Shown: piece by piece, positions 25,776-38,777 of the stretch
Layout of the letters: every line of letters begins with the position of its first letter
How positions within the stretch are numbered: position 1 is the stretch's first letter
Origin: Malacoraja senta
Taxonomy: Eukaryota
Length of the DNA: 64,000 nucleotides
Direction of reading: 5' to 3'
Assembly (NCBI GenBank): GCA_038087875.1
Contig: CM075993.1
Location: forward strand, 10,852,001-10,916,000
Notes under the pieces: model-generated
What the model was told of the DNA's origin: nothing
Seen by the model: the letters and a program-made list of their open reading frames with translations, nothing else
Database searches by the model: none
Made by a program: the position numbers and the translations under genes

Positions 25776-26135
25776 AATTCCATTTCAAGCAGAGTGCTGG
25801 CCACCAAAGTAAATTTCATAGCATTTCAGGCAGAGTGCAGGCCACCAAAGTCAATTTCATAGCATTTCAGGCAGAGTGCAGGCCACCAAAGTCAATTTCA
25901 TAGCATTTCAGGCAGAGCGCAGGCCACCAGTCAATTTCATAGCATTTCAGGCAGAGTGCAGGCCACCAAAGTCAATTTCATAGCATTTCAGGTAGAGTGC
26001 AGGCCACCAAAATCAATTTCATAGCATTTCAGGCAGATTGCAGGCCACCAAACTCAATTTCATAGCATTTCAGGCAGAGTGCAGGCCACCCAAATTCAAT
26101 TTCATAGCATTTCAAGCAAGTGCAGGCCACCAAAT
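25776..26135 (+). repeat. ~41-bp minisatellite, about 8-9 copies
   Basis: Unit aatttcatagcatttcaggcagagtgcaggccaccaaagtc, contiguous. Confidence 0.95.
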
Positions 26136-26989
26136 TGCCAAACAACTCGTTGCATTGTCATTAAGGGCAAACAAATAATTTATTGCAAGTACATTGCAGA
26201 CTCACAGTTGATTCACAGCTTAGAATCACAGTTGTGGACCCTCCCTCGCGATCTTCCAGAGTGACTGACTCACGTCCAGGCATCCGAGGTTCTATAGTTT
26301 CCGGGTATCGCCACCAGGAGGCTTCTGTCATGATCCCCATTGTTTACAGTGTACTATGTTTACACATTCTGTTGTGCTGCTGCAAGTAAGATTTTCATTG
26401 TTCTATCTGGGACATATGACAATAAAACACTCTTGACTCTTTTCTTACTAACCTTTGCAATACACTCTAACACTTCACAATTGTTCATTTCCCACAGTGA
26501 AATAAAACATGAATATACTTACCAAAGAATAAAAAGGCCAAAATTGGGTGGAGTCTCACAGAACTGTCACAACGTTCCTACATCTTTAAAAAACGCTGCC
26601 TTCTGAAATATGTGGTCCCGTGCTGTAACTTAATTTCACATTGAATACAACAGAATCTTTTCTTTCGTCACATTCTATCCCCGGGTTCATAATTACAAAG
26701 GGTTAATTCAAACTCCCCTCCAGCACAAACTGAATCATACTAAACTAATTCACTTTCTCATGCGTATAGAAAGGAACTGCAGATGCATTATACAAAGTGC
26801 TGGAGTGACTCAGTGGGTCAGGCAGCATCTCTGGAGAAAAAGGATGTAGGCTGTGGGCCAAGCATCAAAAATGTGTCTAGAAATCTTTTTTTTTTAATTG
26901 AAGCTATGTAAGAACTCTGTAACCAATTTGTCGGTTATTACTATTTGTACATATGCTTTTAATAAAAATATTATGATGGTAAGAGGTGA

Positions 26990-27592
26990 ATGACACAGTG
27001 TGGAAACAGGCCCTTCGGCCCAAGTAAAACAGGCACTTTGGCCCAACTTGCCTACACCGCCCAACAATGTCCCAGCTACACTAGTTCCACTTGCCTGCGC
27101 TTGGTCCATATCCCTCCAAACCTGTCCTATCCATGTACCTGTCTAACTGTTTCTTAAACGATGGGATAGTCCTAGCCTCAACTACCTCTTCTGTCAGCTT
27201 GTTCCATACACCCACCACCCTTCGTATGAAAAAGTGACCCCTCAGATTCCTATTAAATCTTTTCCCTTTCACCTTGAACCTATGTCCTCTGGTCCTCGAC
27301 TCCCCTACTCTGGGCAAAAGACTCTGTGCATCTACCTGATCTATTCCTCTCATGATTTTATATACCTCAATAAGATCACCCCTCATCCTCCTATGCTCCA
27401 TGGAAAAGAGACCCAGCCTACTCAATCTCTCCCTATAGCTCACACCCTCTAGTCCTGGCAACATCCTCGTAAATCTCTTCTGATCCCTTTCAAGCTTAAC
27501 AATATCTTTCCTATAACAAGGTGCTCAGAACTGAACACAATATTCTAAATGCGGTCTCACCAACGTTTATACAACTGCAACATGACCTCCCA
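26990..27592 (-). mobile_element. CR1 LINE 3' fragment
   Basis: ORF 27081-27464 MLPGLEGVSYRERLSRLGL...RTRGHRFKV. Confidence 0.85.
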
Positions 27593-28527
27593 ACCTTTGT
27601 ATGTTTACATATTGTGTTGTGCTGCTGCAAGTAGGAATGTCATTGATCTATCTGGGACATGACAATAAAACACTCTTAACTCTTGACAAAGTGCAGGCAC
27701 TTGACTGAACCACTGGATGGCAGCGTAGTACCACTGGTCGGCCAGACCGCCTACATTTATAAAGCAAAGACTGGCCAATTCTGAGGGAAAATCAAAGATT
27801 CAAACCATGCAAACTGGCAGGAAAATTTAAAAAAAAAAGAGAGAAAAAGGAACATTAGAAAAGTGAACGAACATTTCCAATGTGAATGAGGGAAGTAAAA
27901 AAACCTGAGAAAGTTTGAAAAATACAAATGATGAAAGATGCAATGATGTAAATGAGAGAAATTTAGCAAATGTGAGGAAATCTGTCAAAATAAGGAAAGA
28001 GTAAAGCATTTGAGAGAATAGAAATGTGATGAAATGTTTGAAAATTTGCTTTTGAGATGTCAAAAACTCATCAGTGAAACACTCAAAATTGCACGTTAAA
28101 AACCTCAAAGAATGTGAATATTTTCAATGTGAAATGGAGGATGATGTGACTGTCGCCGTCCTTATGCCAGCAGCGGTCAGTGTATGTTCAGCTGTGGATA
28201 ATATCATCAGCAAGGTTTGGTCAACAGTTAATAAGCGATGAGCTTCTCCAAGCATAGCTTCAACTTTGCTCCTGTAAGCATCTTTGCTTTTCACGGTTTC
28301 TTCTTCGTGTCAAGCTTTGTGCAGCTGATGTGCAGGGAGGGACTGATTTAGAATTGTCATCAGATATTCCATTGTGAAGCAAGGAACTCGACAAATCCAA
28401 CATTTCACGGTGACACCGTGACGCAGCGGTAGAGTTGCTGCCTCACAGCGCCAGAGAGACCTGGGTGCGATCCATCCTGACGACGGGTGCTTGTCTGTAC
28501 GGAGCTTGCACGTTCTCCCCGTGGCCT

Positions 28528-29140
28528 AGAAACATAGAAAATAGGTGCAGGAGGAGGCCATTCGGCCCTTCGAGCCAGCACCGCCATTCATTGTGATCAT
28601 GGCTGATCGTCCCTTATCAATAACCCGTGCCTGCCTTCTCCCCATATCCCTTGACTCCACTAGCCCCTAGAGCTCTATCTAACTCTCTCTTAAATCCATC
28701 CAGTGTCTTAACCTCCACTGCCCTCTGTGGCAGGGAATTCCACAAATTCACAACTCTCTGGGTGAAAACGTTTTTTCTCACCTCAGTCTTAAATGACCCC
28801 TTTATTCTAAGACTGTGGCCCCTGGTTCTGGACTCGACCCACATTGGGAACATTTTTCCAGCATCTAACTTTGTCCAGTCCTTTTATAATTTTATATGTT
28901 TCTATAAGATCCTCCCTCATCCTTCTAAATTCCAGTGAATACAAGCCTAGTCTTTTCAATCTTTCCTCATATGACAGTCCCACCATCCCAGGGATCAATC
29001 TCGTGAACCCATGCTGCACTGCCTCAATCACAAGGATGTCCTTCCTCAAATTAGGAGATCAAAACTGTACACAATACTCCAGATGTGGTCTCACCAGAGC
29101 CCTATACAACTGCAGAAGAACCTCTTTACTCCTATACTGA
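28528..29140 (-). mobile_element. CR1 LINE 3' fragment
   Basis: SKEVLLQLYRALVRPHLEYCVQF; TRGHSL; tail (ttctatgt). Confidence 0.85.
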
Positions 29141-30739
29141 AATGGAGTGCCTGCATGGGTTTTCTCCGGGAAGCTCTGGTTTCCTCCGGAAACCGGAGCT
29201 TCCCGGAGAAAGCCCATGCAGGAAGATGTTCGCCTCCCCCCACAACACTCCAAAGACGTGCAGGTTTCTATGCTAAGTGTGTAAGAAGGAACTGCAGATG
29301 CTGGTTTAGAATAGCCACAAAATGCTGGAGTAATTCAGCGGTACAGGCTGCGTCTCTGGAGAGAAGGATTTGGTGACGTTTTGGGTGGAGGCCCTTCTTC
29401 AGACTGAGAGTCGGGGAGAGGGAGACTAGAGCTATTTGAAGGGTAAGGTGTGAAAACGACAGATCAAAGCAGACGAAGTTCAAGGAAATGTAGAACGGTT
29501 CATTGTTAGCTGTGAAGAAGGTGACAACGAGGCATACAATCAGTAAAATTGGAGGCTAGAAGGGAGATAAAATGGCTGGAGAAACTCAGCGGGTGTGGCA
29601 GCATCTATGGAGGATGCCTATTTCCTTCGCTCCATAGATGCTGCCGCATCCGCTGAGTTTCTCCAGCCATTTTGTCTACCTTCGATTCTCCAGCATCTGC
29701 AGTTCCTTCTTGAACAAAATTGGAGGCTAGTTTGCTTGGTATAAATGTAAATTGTCTCCAGTGTGTGCGGGATAGTGTTAATGTGGGGGGATCGCTGGTC
29801 GGCCCGAGGTCTGTGGGCCGAAGGACCTGTTTCCGCATTGCATCTCTAAACTAAACTAAAAATGTATCAATTTCTTGCTTGAAAATCGTCAGTACCTATT
29901 TATTTATTTATTTATTTATTACAATTTTACATTTTAATTAGAAGCATGTATACAAATAATAATAAGCGACAATTTAATTACAGATTTCCTATATAGCTTC
30001 AATTAAAAAATTTTTTTTTTTTTAAAAGAATGAAAATAAAGAGAGAAAAAGATGAGAGAAAATACAGATGAGAGAAACTTGATGAAAAGATGAGAGAAAC
30101 TTGAAAATCTAAACCAGCATGTTTTCCCCTATAACATATACTAGCGTACATATCAGTACTGATCTGGGGATTGATGCAGTTCTGTGACTGTAAAATGATC
30201 TGAGTGCCCAGTCTCTCCACTCAGCCCTGCATCAATATTAAATTAATCCCACTAACTCATTTAATGTTATTAATTCATTGCCACTTCATTATCCTGAATC
30301 AGTCCCAAACAACTGCAATGATCTGTCCTTGGGGACCTGTCCTTGGCCCAGCCACTTTCTGCTGCTTTCCTGGTGACCTTCCTCCTGCAGAGGTCAGCAG
30401 AGGAGATGTTTGCTGATGATTGTGCAGTATTCACAACTCATTAGATACGGAGGCAGTCCGTGCCTGCGTGCAACGAGAACCGGACTACATTCAGGCACGG
30501 GTCGTTAAGTGCCGAGGAACAATCACGCCACACAGATACCAGGCAATACATCAAGACGCAGTCTGAATCCTTGTCCTTGAATATTAGTACCAAACCCACT
30601 CGCTGCCACTGTTATTGGTGACGCTATTACAGGGAGAACATGCAAACTCCACACTGACTGCACCCGAGGTCAGGCTTGAACCCCTGTCGATGGAGCTGTG
30701 AGGCGGCGGCTGTGTTGTGCCTCTGTGCCACCCATGCAT

Positions 30740-31676
30740 CAATAGACAATAGACAATAGGTGCAGGAGTAGGCCATTCGGCCCTTCGAGCCAGCACCGCC
30801 ATTCAATGTGATATTGGCTGATCATCCCCAATCAGTACCCCGTTCCTGCCTTCTCCCCATATCCCCTGACTCCGCTATTTTTAAGAGCCCTATCTAGCTC
30901 TCTCTTGAAAGCATCCAGAGACCCTGCCTCCACCGCCCTCTGAGGCAGAGAATTCCACACTCACTACTCTCTGTGAGAAAATGTGTTTCCTCGTCTCAGT
31001 TCTAAATGGCTTACTCCTTATTCTTAAACTGTGGTCCCTGGTTCTGGTCTCCCCAACATCGGGAACATGTTTCCTGCCTCTAGCGTGTCCAAGCCCTTAA
31101 CAATCTTATGTTTCAATGAGATTCCCTCTCATCCTTCTAAACTCCAGAGTGTACAAGCCCAGCTGCTCCATTCTCTCAGCATATGACAGTCCCGCCATCC
31201 CGGGAATTAACCTTGTAAACCTACGATGCACTCCCTCAATAGCAAGAATGTCCTTCCTCAAATTAGGGGACCAAAACTGCACACAATACTCCAGGTGTGG
31301 TCTCACTAGGGCTCTGTACAACTGCAGAAGGACCTCTTTGCTCCTATATTCGATTCCTCTTATAAAGGCCAACATGCCATTCGCTTTCTTCACTGCCTGC
31401 TGTACCTGCATGCTTACTTTCATAGACTGATGTACAAGGACCCTCAGCTCCCGTTGTACTTCCCCTTTTCCCAACTTGACGCCATTTAGATAGTAATCTG
31501 CCTTCCTGTTTTTGCTACCAAAGTGGATAACCTCACATATATCCGCATTAAACTTCATCTGCATTGCATCTGCCCACTCTCCCAACCTGTCCAAGTCACC
31601 CTGCATTCTCATAGCATCCTCCTCACAGTTCACACTGCCACCCAGCTTTGTGTCATCTGCAAATTTGCTGATGTTA
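30740..31676 (-). mobile_element. CR1 LINE 3' fragment
   Basis: ORF 31106-31633 CR1 RT C-terminus; tail (ctattgt)n at 30740-30760. Confidence 0.88.
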
Positions 31677-31789
31677 CTTTGACATCCTCTGGGTCTCTGC
31701 CTGAACTAGCACACTCTGCTGGGTGCAGCGTCCTGCTTGGTTAGCAAACCGCTTGGCTCTCTGCTCACTGGTTACTTGAAGTTGACCAC

Positions 31790-32095
31790 AGTTTAGTTTA
31801 GAGATACAGCGCAGAAACTGGCCCTTCGGCCCACCGAATCCACGCCGACCAGCAATCCCCACACATTAACACAATCCTACGCACACCAGGGACAATTTAC
31901 AATATTACCAAGCCGATTAACCTACAAACCTGTATGTCTTTGGAGTGTAGGAGGCAACCTGAGATCCCAGGGAATACTCACACAGGTCATGGGGAGAACG
32001 TACAAACTATGTACAGACAGCACCCGTAGACAGGATCAAACCCGGGTCTCTGGCACTGGAGGGCAGCAACTCTACCGCTGCTCCACCGTGCCGCA
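31790..32095 (-). mobile_element. HE1-like V-SINE
   Basis: Reverse complement of the SINE consensus, with (tttag)n tail. Confidence 0.75.
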
Positions 32096-32930
32096 CTGTT
32101 GATAGGGTCATTGAGAAATACAGCATAGAAACAGATCCTTCGGCCCACTATGCAGACTTTCCGCTCGAGGGGAGAGGGAAACTAGAGGTATGAAAAAGTT
32201 CAGAACAAATCAGAGCCAATAGACAATTGGTGCAGGAGTAGGCCATTCGGCCCTTCGAGCCAGCACCGCCATTCAATGTGATCATGGCTGATCATCCCCA
32301 ATCAGTACCCCGTTCCTGCCTTCTCCCCATATCCCGACTCCGCTATTTTTAAGAGCCCTATCTAGCTCTCTCTAGCCGGCACCCATGCCCAAGCAGGTAG
32401 TGCCCACAATGGTCCATTGTTGGCTGTGGAAGAGCTTACTGATCTGCAGGGTTTGGGGATCAGGGAGGATGCCATAGCAGCTGAAGGAAATGCGAGCAGT
32501 CACAAGGTGAACGTGCTAACTTCACACAGACAGCAACCAGCCATGGGCGCTGTGATGAACAGCTCTACTACCTGAGCCAAGGTGCCGTCTGATTCTATCG
32601 AAGGCTGCCTTACCATCCAGCTGACACCGTTAAACAGTGGGTCTTCAGTAACCAGGGTCTGCCACACCGGGACCTGCCACATGTTGGAAGGAACTACTCA
32701 CTTCATCCAACCTGCCCAATTTTGCCACTCATCTCATCAACTTCAACAGACAATGGAAGTTACTGTCATAATGCAGCTCAGGGCATGCAAACACTGACAC
32801 TCTTACACCACCCTTCATTAGTTAAGTATGTATTCCCCATCTTCCAATCTATCCCATTGCGACCCTTGCATTTAAAAAAAATCTGTTTACTCTGTAGCTG
32901 CAACACTGTACTGTTTAGTTTCTCTTTTGT

Positions 32931-33672
32931 ACCACCAGGGGGCGCAGCACAATGGCAGCCTCACCAACGGTCTGTCTGTTTTTTCGTCTTTTTTGTTATT
33001 TTTAGTGTGTTTTAAAAGTTTGTGTTAATGTTCTCTGGTTTGTTTTATGTGGGGGACGGGGTTGGGGGAAACCTTTCTTCATCTCTTACCTTGCCAGAGA
33101 TGCGATTGTTTTCCGGATCGTATCTCCGGTTGCTCTGCGGTCTAACATCATGGAGCCGGAGGCCTTGCTCGGGTCTGACTTTAAGCCCCACCGTGGGGAC
33201 GTGGACTTGCCATCTGAGCCGATTCCTTGCCTGGGATCGACGCTCCCAGGATTCCACCATCGAGGAGCTCGTAGTGTCGGGTAGAGACCGATGTCGGGAA
33301 GCTCCAAACGACACAGGTTCTGCCAGCCCCGACCCGGGGTTAGATCGCCCGGCGCGGGGGAGCTAAGATTCCCAACGATGCGGGAACTTGATCGCTCCGA
33401 ACGTGGAGGGCCCAAATGCAGCCGGATACGAGAGCCAAGATCGTCCCATCAACGGAAGGCTCGAGGCCCCCCAAGGATACCAAAGAGGGAAGAGATTAAA
33501 CTTTTTTTCGCCTTCCATCACAGTGAGGAATGTGGAGGAGTCACTGTGGTGGATGTTCATGTTAAAATGTATTTTGTGTGTTTTGTTGCTTTTTAATGGT
33601 ATGACTGTATGGCAAATCAAATTCCTCGTATGTTGCAAACCATACTGGGCTAATAAAGTATGATTATGATTC
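32931..33672 (+). mobile_element. GC-rich non-autonomous retroposon with CTCF-like 5' motif
   Basis: Head ccaccagggggcgcagcacaatggcagcctc; family block gccttccatcacagtgaggaatgtgg; tail ggctaataaag(tatgat)n. Confidence 0.6.
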
Positions 33673-33674
33673 GA

Positions 33675-33990
33675 GGGCGGCACGGTGATGTAGCGGTAGA
33701 ACTACTGCCTTACAGCGCCCGGGACCCGGGTTCGATCCTGGCTATGGGTGCTTGTGTGTACGGAGCTTATACGTTCTCCCTGTGACCTGCGTGGGTTTTC
33801 TCAGAGATCTTCGGATTCCTCCCGCACTCCAAAGACGTACAGGTTTATAGGTTGATCGGCTTGGTATAAAAATGTTCAATTGTCCCCAGTGCCTGTAGGG
33901 TAGTGTCAATGTGCGGGGATCGATGGTCGGTGCGGACTCAATGGGCCAAAGGGCCTATTTCTGCGCTGTATCTCTAAACTAAACTAAAAA
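33675..33990 (+). mobile_element. HE1-like V-SINE, full length
   Basis: ggcggcacggtg head through (ctaaa)n tail. Confidence 0.78.
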
Positions 33991-34169
33991 CTGCCTGGAG
34001 AGCACACAAAACAAAGCTTTTCACTGTATCTTAGCACACGTGACAGTACCAACAATACCAACCCATTCACCAAAACATATTCAGGAGTTAAAACGGGTGC
34101 ATCCTCCATGTGAAGCTTCTTTGAGTTGAGGGAGCAACTCTCCCTCAGAATCCTAATGTCACTGAATCC

Positions 34170-34685
34170 TTTTTTAAATTTTTTTATTTATTAGAAGCAA
34201 GTGTACAAAAATATAACCAGTGGCATATGACATAATACAGTTATTGTACAGCTTCAATTTTGACTTTTAGCTATAGTTAAGAGAAAAGAAGAGAGAAAAA
34301 GCAAGAGAGAGAAAAAGTGGAGTGTGCAAAGATAGAACCCCTAGACTACCAAAGTGGCGGAGCCAAAGAGTGAGTAAGTAAAAGAAATAAGGAAGACATG
34401 GAGAAATAAAAAGACAAAAACAGAAAGAAAACAAAAAGTGATGATATACCTGCCTCGCATCCCTCCCCACCCATCACCCAACCCGTAATTAGATTTAACT
34501 CCAAAATTGTGTTGTACCATACTATCCTTGTAATAAATCAATGAATGGTGTCCATGTCTTCGAAAAATGCTCTGGTTTTTCTGCGGACAAGTCTAATATT
34601 TTCAAGATGTAGCGTCTCAGACATGTTTGTAATCCACATTTTAAGAGTAGGGACAGATGTATGTTTCCAAAAGTTGAGTATTAGA
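34170..34685 (-). mobile_element. L1-like 3' end fragment
   Basis: Minus strand LNFWKHTSVPTLKMWITNMSETLHLE resembles the C-terminus of the L1 at 11042-11623; poly(T) at ~34170-34190. Confidence 0.7.
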
Positions 34686-35681
34686 ATCCTAATGTCTATC
34701 TTTACACTATCACCTCTCTTCCGTATTAACTTAGATAAATAGTAATATAAAATGTAGAAAGAACCATAAAGCTTTGACCAAATAGCACAACTGATATCTT
34801 TGCACCAAGAAAGTCAGTTGTTCAAAACATAAAATGCCGAATGAACTCAGCAGATCAGGCAGCATCTGTGGGGGAATGGACAAGTCATGTTTTGAGTCTG
34901 ACCCACTGAGGAACTCCAGCACTCCCATTCCCACACATTGCTCAAGCTTCCAGCCTCTACACTTCCTTATGTCTCCAAGTCAGTCTATCAGGTGGTTGCC
35001 TTGCTCATCATGAACATTTAGTTCAATTTAATCTCATTAGTTTTTAATTTTTAGAGTTACAGCATGGAAGCAGACTCGGACCCACTGAGTCCACGGCAAC
35101 AGTGATCACCCGTACACCAGGGACAATTTGCAGAAGCCAATTGACCTACTAACCTGCACGTCTTTGGAATGTGGGTGGAAACCAGAGCACCTGGAGGAAA
35201 CCTAATGGTTACAGGGAGAATGTACAAACACCGTATAGACATCACCCGTAGTCAGGATCGAATCCGGGTTTCTGGCGCTACTCACTGTTCCGCCCTCAAG
35301 GTTGTCTCATCCTGAAGTGTGATTTCCTCCACTGTGGAAGTCTCAGCAGGTGAGGTGCCTTTTGGTACCAACAAATCCTCACTTGGTTATTGTGATGGAT
35401 GAGATGCACTCTCTCTTAGCCAGGGTTGATGTTGCACTCTGATGCAAGTATCCTGCAGTGGAACCATGAATGTAATTGGGCCTCTGCAGTTAGTGACATG
35501 TCCCGATAACTGACCCTCTTGTACAGCTTTACAACGGGTACAAATGGTGATCATGTCTTCTGGTGTCAAGGTGCTTCTTTTGTAACACACAGACATGCTA
35601 ACCTTTGTCAATCTCAAATCCAAGTGCATTCTGATATGTCTGCCCTTCAATAACTTGGCCAGTGTCAGTCATGTACATGTA

Positions 35682-37298
35682 CAGTGGCTTGCAAAAGTAT
35701 TCATACCCCTTGAACTTTTCCACATTTTGTCACATTACAACCACAAACGTAAATGTATTTTATTGGGATTATATGTGATAGAATAACACAAAGTGGTGCA
35801 TAATTGTGAAGTGGAAGGAAAATGATACATGGTGTTCAAATTTTTTTACAAATAAAAAACTGAAAAGTGTGGCGTGCAAAAGTATTCAGCCCCCCTGAGT
35901 CAATACTTTGTAGAACCACCTTTCGCTGCAATTACAGCTGCAAATCTTTTGGGGTATGTCTCTACCAGCTTTGCACATCTAGAGACTGACATTTATGCCC
36001 ATTTTTCTTTGCAAAATAGCTCAAGCTCAGTCAGATTGGATGGAGAGCGTCTGTGAACAGCAATTTTCAAGTCTTGCCAGAGATTCTCAATTGGATTTAG
36101 GTCTGGACTTTGACTGGGCCATTCTAACACATGAATATGCTTTGATCTAAACCATTCCATTGTAGCTCTGGCTGTATGTTTGGGGTCATTGTCCTGCTGG
36201 AAGGTGAACCTCCGCCCTAGTCTCAAGTCTTTTGCAGACTCTAACAGGTTTTCTTCCAAGATTGCCCTGTATTTGGCTCCATCCATCTTCCCATCAACTC
36301 TGACCAGCTTCCCTGTCCCTGCTGAAGAAAAGCATCCCCACAGCATGATGCTGCCACCACCATGTTTCACAGTGGGGATGGTGTGTTCAGGGTGATGTGC
36401 AGTGTTAGTTTTCCGCCACACATAGCATTTTGCATTTAGGCCAAAAACTTCAATTTTGGTCTCATCTAACCAGAGCACCTTCCTCCACATGTTTCCTGTG
36501 TCCCCCACATGGCTTGTGGCAAACTGCAAACGGGACTTCTTATGGCTTTTTTTCAACAATGACTTTCTTCTTGCCACTCTTCCATAAAGGGCCGATTTGT
36601 GGAGTGCACGACTAATAGTTGTCCTGTGGACAGATTCTCCCACCTGAGCTGTGGATCTCTGCAGCTCCTCCAGAGTTACCATGGGCCTCTTGGCTGCTTC
36701 TCTGATCAATGCTCTCCTTGCCCGGCCTGTCAGTTTAGGTGGACGGCCATGTCTTGGTAGGTTTGCAGTTGTGCCATACTCTTTCCATTTTCGGATGATG
36801 GATTGAACAGTGCTCCGTGAGATGTTCAAAGCTTGGGATATTTTTTTATAACCTAACCCTGCTTTAAACTTCTCCACAACTTTATCCCTGACCTGTCTGG
36901 TGTGTTCCTTGGGCTTCATGATGCTGTTTGTTCACTAATGTTCTCTAACAAACCTCTGAGGCCTTCACAGAACAGCTGTATTTATACTGAGATTAGATTA
37001 CACACAACTGGACTCTATTTACTAATTAGGTGACTTCTGAAGGCAATTGGTTGCACTGGATTTTATTTAGGGGTATCAGAGTAAAGGGGGCTGAATACTT
37101 TTGCACGCGACACTTTTCAGTTTTTTATTTGTAAAAAAATTTGAAAACCATGTATCATTTTCCTTCCACTTCACAATTATGCGCCACTTTGTGTTGGTCT
37201 ATCACATAAAATCCCAATAAAATACATTTACGTTTGTGGTTGTAACGTGACAAAATGTGGAAAAGTTCAAGGGGTATGAATACTTTTGCAAGCCACTG
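35682..37298 (-). mobile_element. Tc1/mariner transposon, IR/DR type, 1617 bp
   Basis: About 214-bp TIRs starting CAGTGGCTTGCAAAAGTATTCATACCCC, each with inner DR gcaaaagtattcagccccc; TA TSD (35680-35681, 37299-37300). Confidence 0.95.
35900..36919 (-). pseudogene. Tc1 DD34E transposase (339 codons) with a single premature stop at 35993-35995
   Basis: HTH region, GRPPK, WLDETK, QQDNDPKH, SPDLNPIE (34 residues between D and E). After the TAA the frame continues MSVSRCAKLVETYPKRFAAVIAAKGGSTKY*. Confidence 0.92.
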
Positions 37299-37581
37299 TA
37301 TGTAGTGCATTTCCAGTTGTGGATTAAGACGCAACTCTGGTCACCATTTCACCTCTTACCATCTTCTTCAGCCCATCTCCCACAGTTTTAACTGCCCTAG
37401 TGCCAAACCAGGGTCAGATACCCTGGTCAGTTGATCAGATAAAGGGCAAATTAAATAGAATCGAGACAAAATGTGAGATACTGTACTGTCGAAATGAGCC
37501 AAGGCAAGCGGCAAAACATTATATAGGGATGTTACAAAATGTTGAGTTGTTAAAACTCAAGCCTGCAATTTATCCCATCAG

Positions 37582-38318
37582 AATCAGAATCAGATTTTAT
37601 TCGCTAAGTATGTTTCGCAACATACGAGGAATTTCATTGGCCAGGTCAGTCATACAATTAAAAGCAACAGATCACTTCAAAAACACATTTTAACATGAAC
37701 ATCCACCACAGTGACTCCTATACATTCCTCACTGTGATGGAAGGCGAAATAAAGTTCAAGTCCTTCCCTTAGTTCTTCCTTGGTCGTGGGCCTCGAGCCT
37801 CCATTGACGGGACGATCTTAACTCCCGTAGCTGGCGGCGTTCGGGCCCTCCGCGTCGAGGCGATCAGCTCCCGCATCGGGGGGATGTCAGCTTCCCCGCG
37901 CCCGGCGATCGAACCTCGCGTCGGAGCTGGTCGAACCTTCCGCGACGTTGGAGCTTCCCGACTAGCCTCTCCCGTTACTGCGAGCTCTTAATGGTAAAGT
38001 CCACAGTGGCCGAGGTGGGAGCGATCCCAGGCAAGGGATCAGCTCCGATGTGAAGTCTGCACCCCCGCGATGGGGCTCAAAGTCAGTCCAAGTAGGCCTC
38101 CAGCTCCGTCGATGGAAAACCGCAGAGCCCGGAAATGTGATCGGAAAATTAATCACATCTCCGGCAAGGTAAGATACCCCCGATACCCTCCCCCATCCCC
38201 CACATAAAACAAATCGAAGAACATTAAAACAAACTTTTAACACTAAAAAATAACAAAAAGAATGAAAAAACAAACAGACTGCCGGCAGGGCAGCCATCGT
38301 CCCGGCGCCCCTGGTGGT
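37582..38318 (-). mobile_element. GC-rich non-autonomous retroposon nested in the hAT terminal region
   Basis: Minus head ccaccaggggcgcc; (tctgat)n tail; interrupts tatcccatcaga/taaagcat of the hAT end. Confidence 0.65.
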
Positions 38319-38777
38319 CAAGATAAAGCATAAAAAGAACTTTAATCTGATACCTAATTCACTTTCATATCTTCAGTATTAAAAAAGTTATGGCCATTTT
38401 CATACTCGGAAATTAGCATCTTGTTCCCTATTGCTTTTTCCATTAACTTAACACAAAAGCTGTGATCGAGGACAGTCAAAAGCCCATAATTTTCTTAAAA
38501 ATTAAGAGAACTGAATGAAATTTTCTGTTATTATAGATTAAATAATTCTGAAACAAATATGATACATCTTACTTGGATGACCTGAAATTAAAGTATATAA
38601 TTAGTTAGTTACCTAATCAAGTAGCTAATTACATAATTAACCGTTGTGACGGAAATAGTAATAAACACCCAGACTGCCTTGAAAGTTAAAAAATATTCTC
38701 AAGATCAAAACTTTAATATTATTGTATTATATGCGTAACAGACAGGTAAAGAAATTACAATTTCTAGCAAAAGATTG

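Larger units (their letters stand above)
25344..26300 (-). mobile_element. Non-autonomous Helitron-like element (3' end at CTAG 25344-25347; 5' end approximate)
   Basis: Minus strand: 8-bp hairpin tgggaccc-aac-gggtccca (25354-25372), 6 nt, then CTAG|T, the canonical Helitron 3' terminus. No TIR or TSD seen. Confidence 0.65.

Noticed and set aside
25363..25903. 149-aa repetitive ORFs (AAQSLRAGGL / WQLSHSGLVG)
   Set aside because: Open only because the 30-bp unit lacks stop codons; no coding evidence.
25474..26135. Regular 30-bp and 41-bp repeats as a CRISPR array
   Set aside because: Units are contiguous with no unique spacers, there are no cas genes, and the context is eukaryotic; these are minisatellites.
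33675..33750. tRNA genes at SINE heads
   Set aside because: A/B-box-like heads run straight into the V-domain and LINE-like tail; these are SINEs, not tRNAs.
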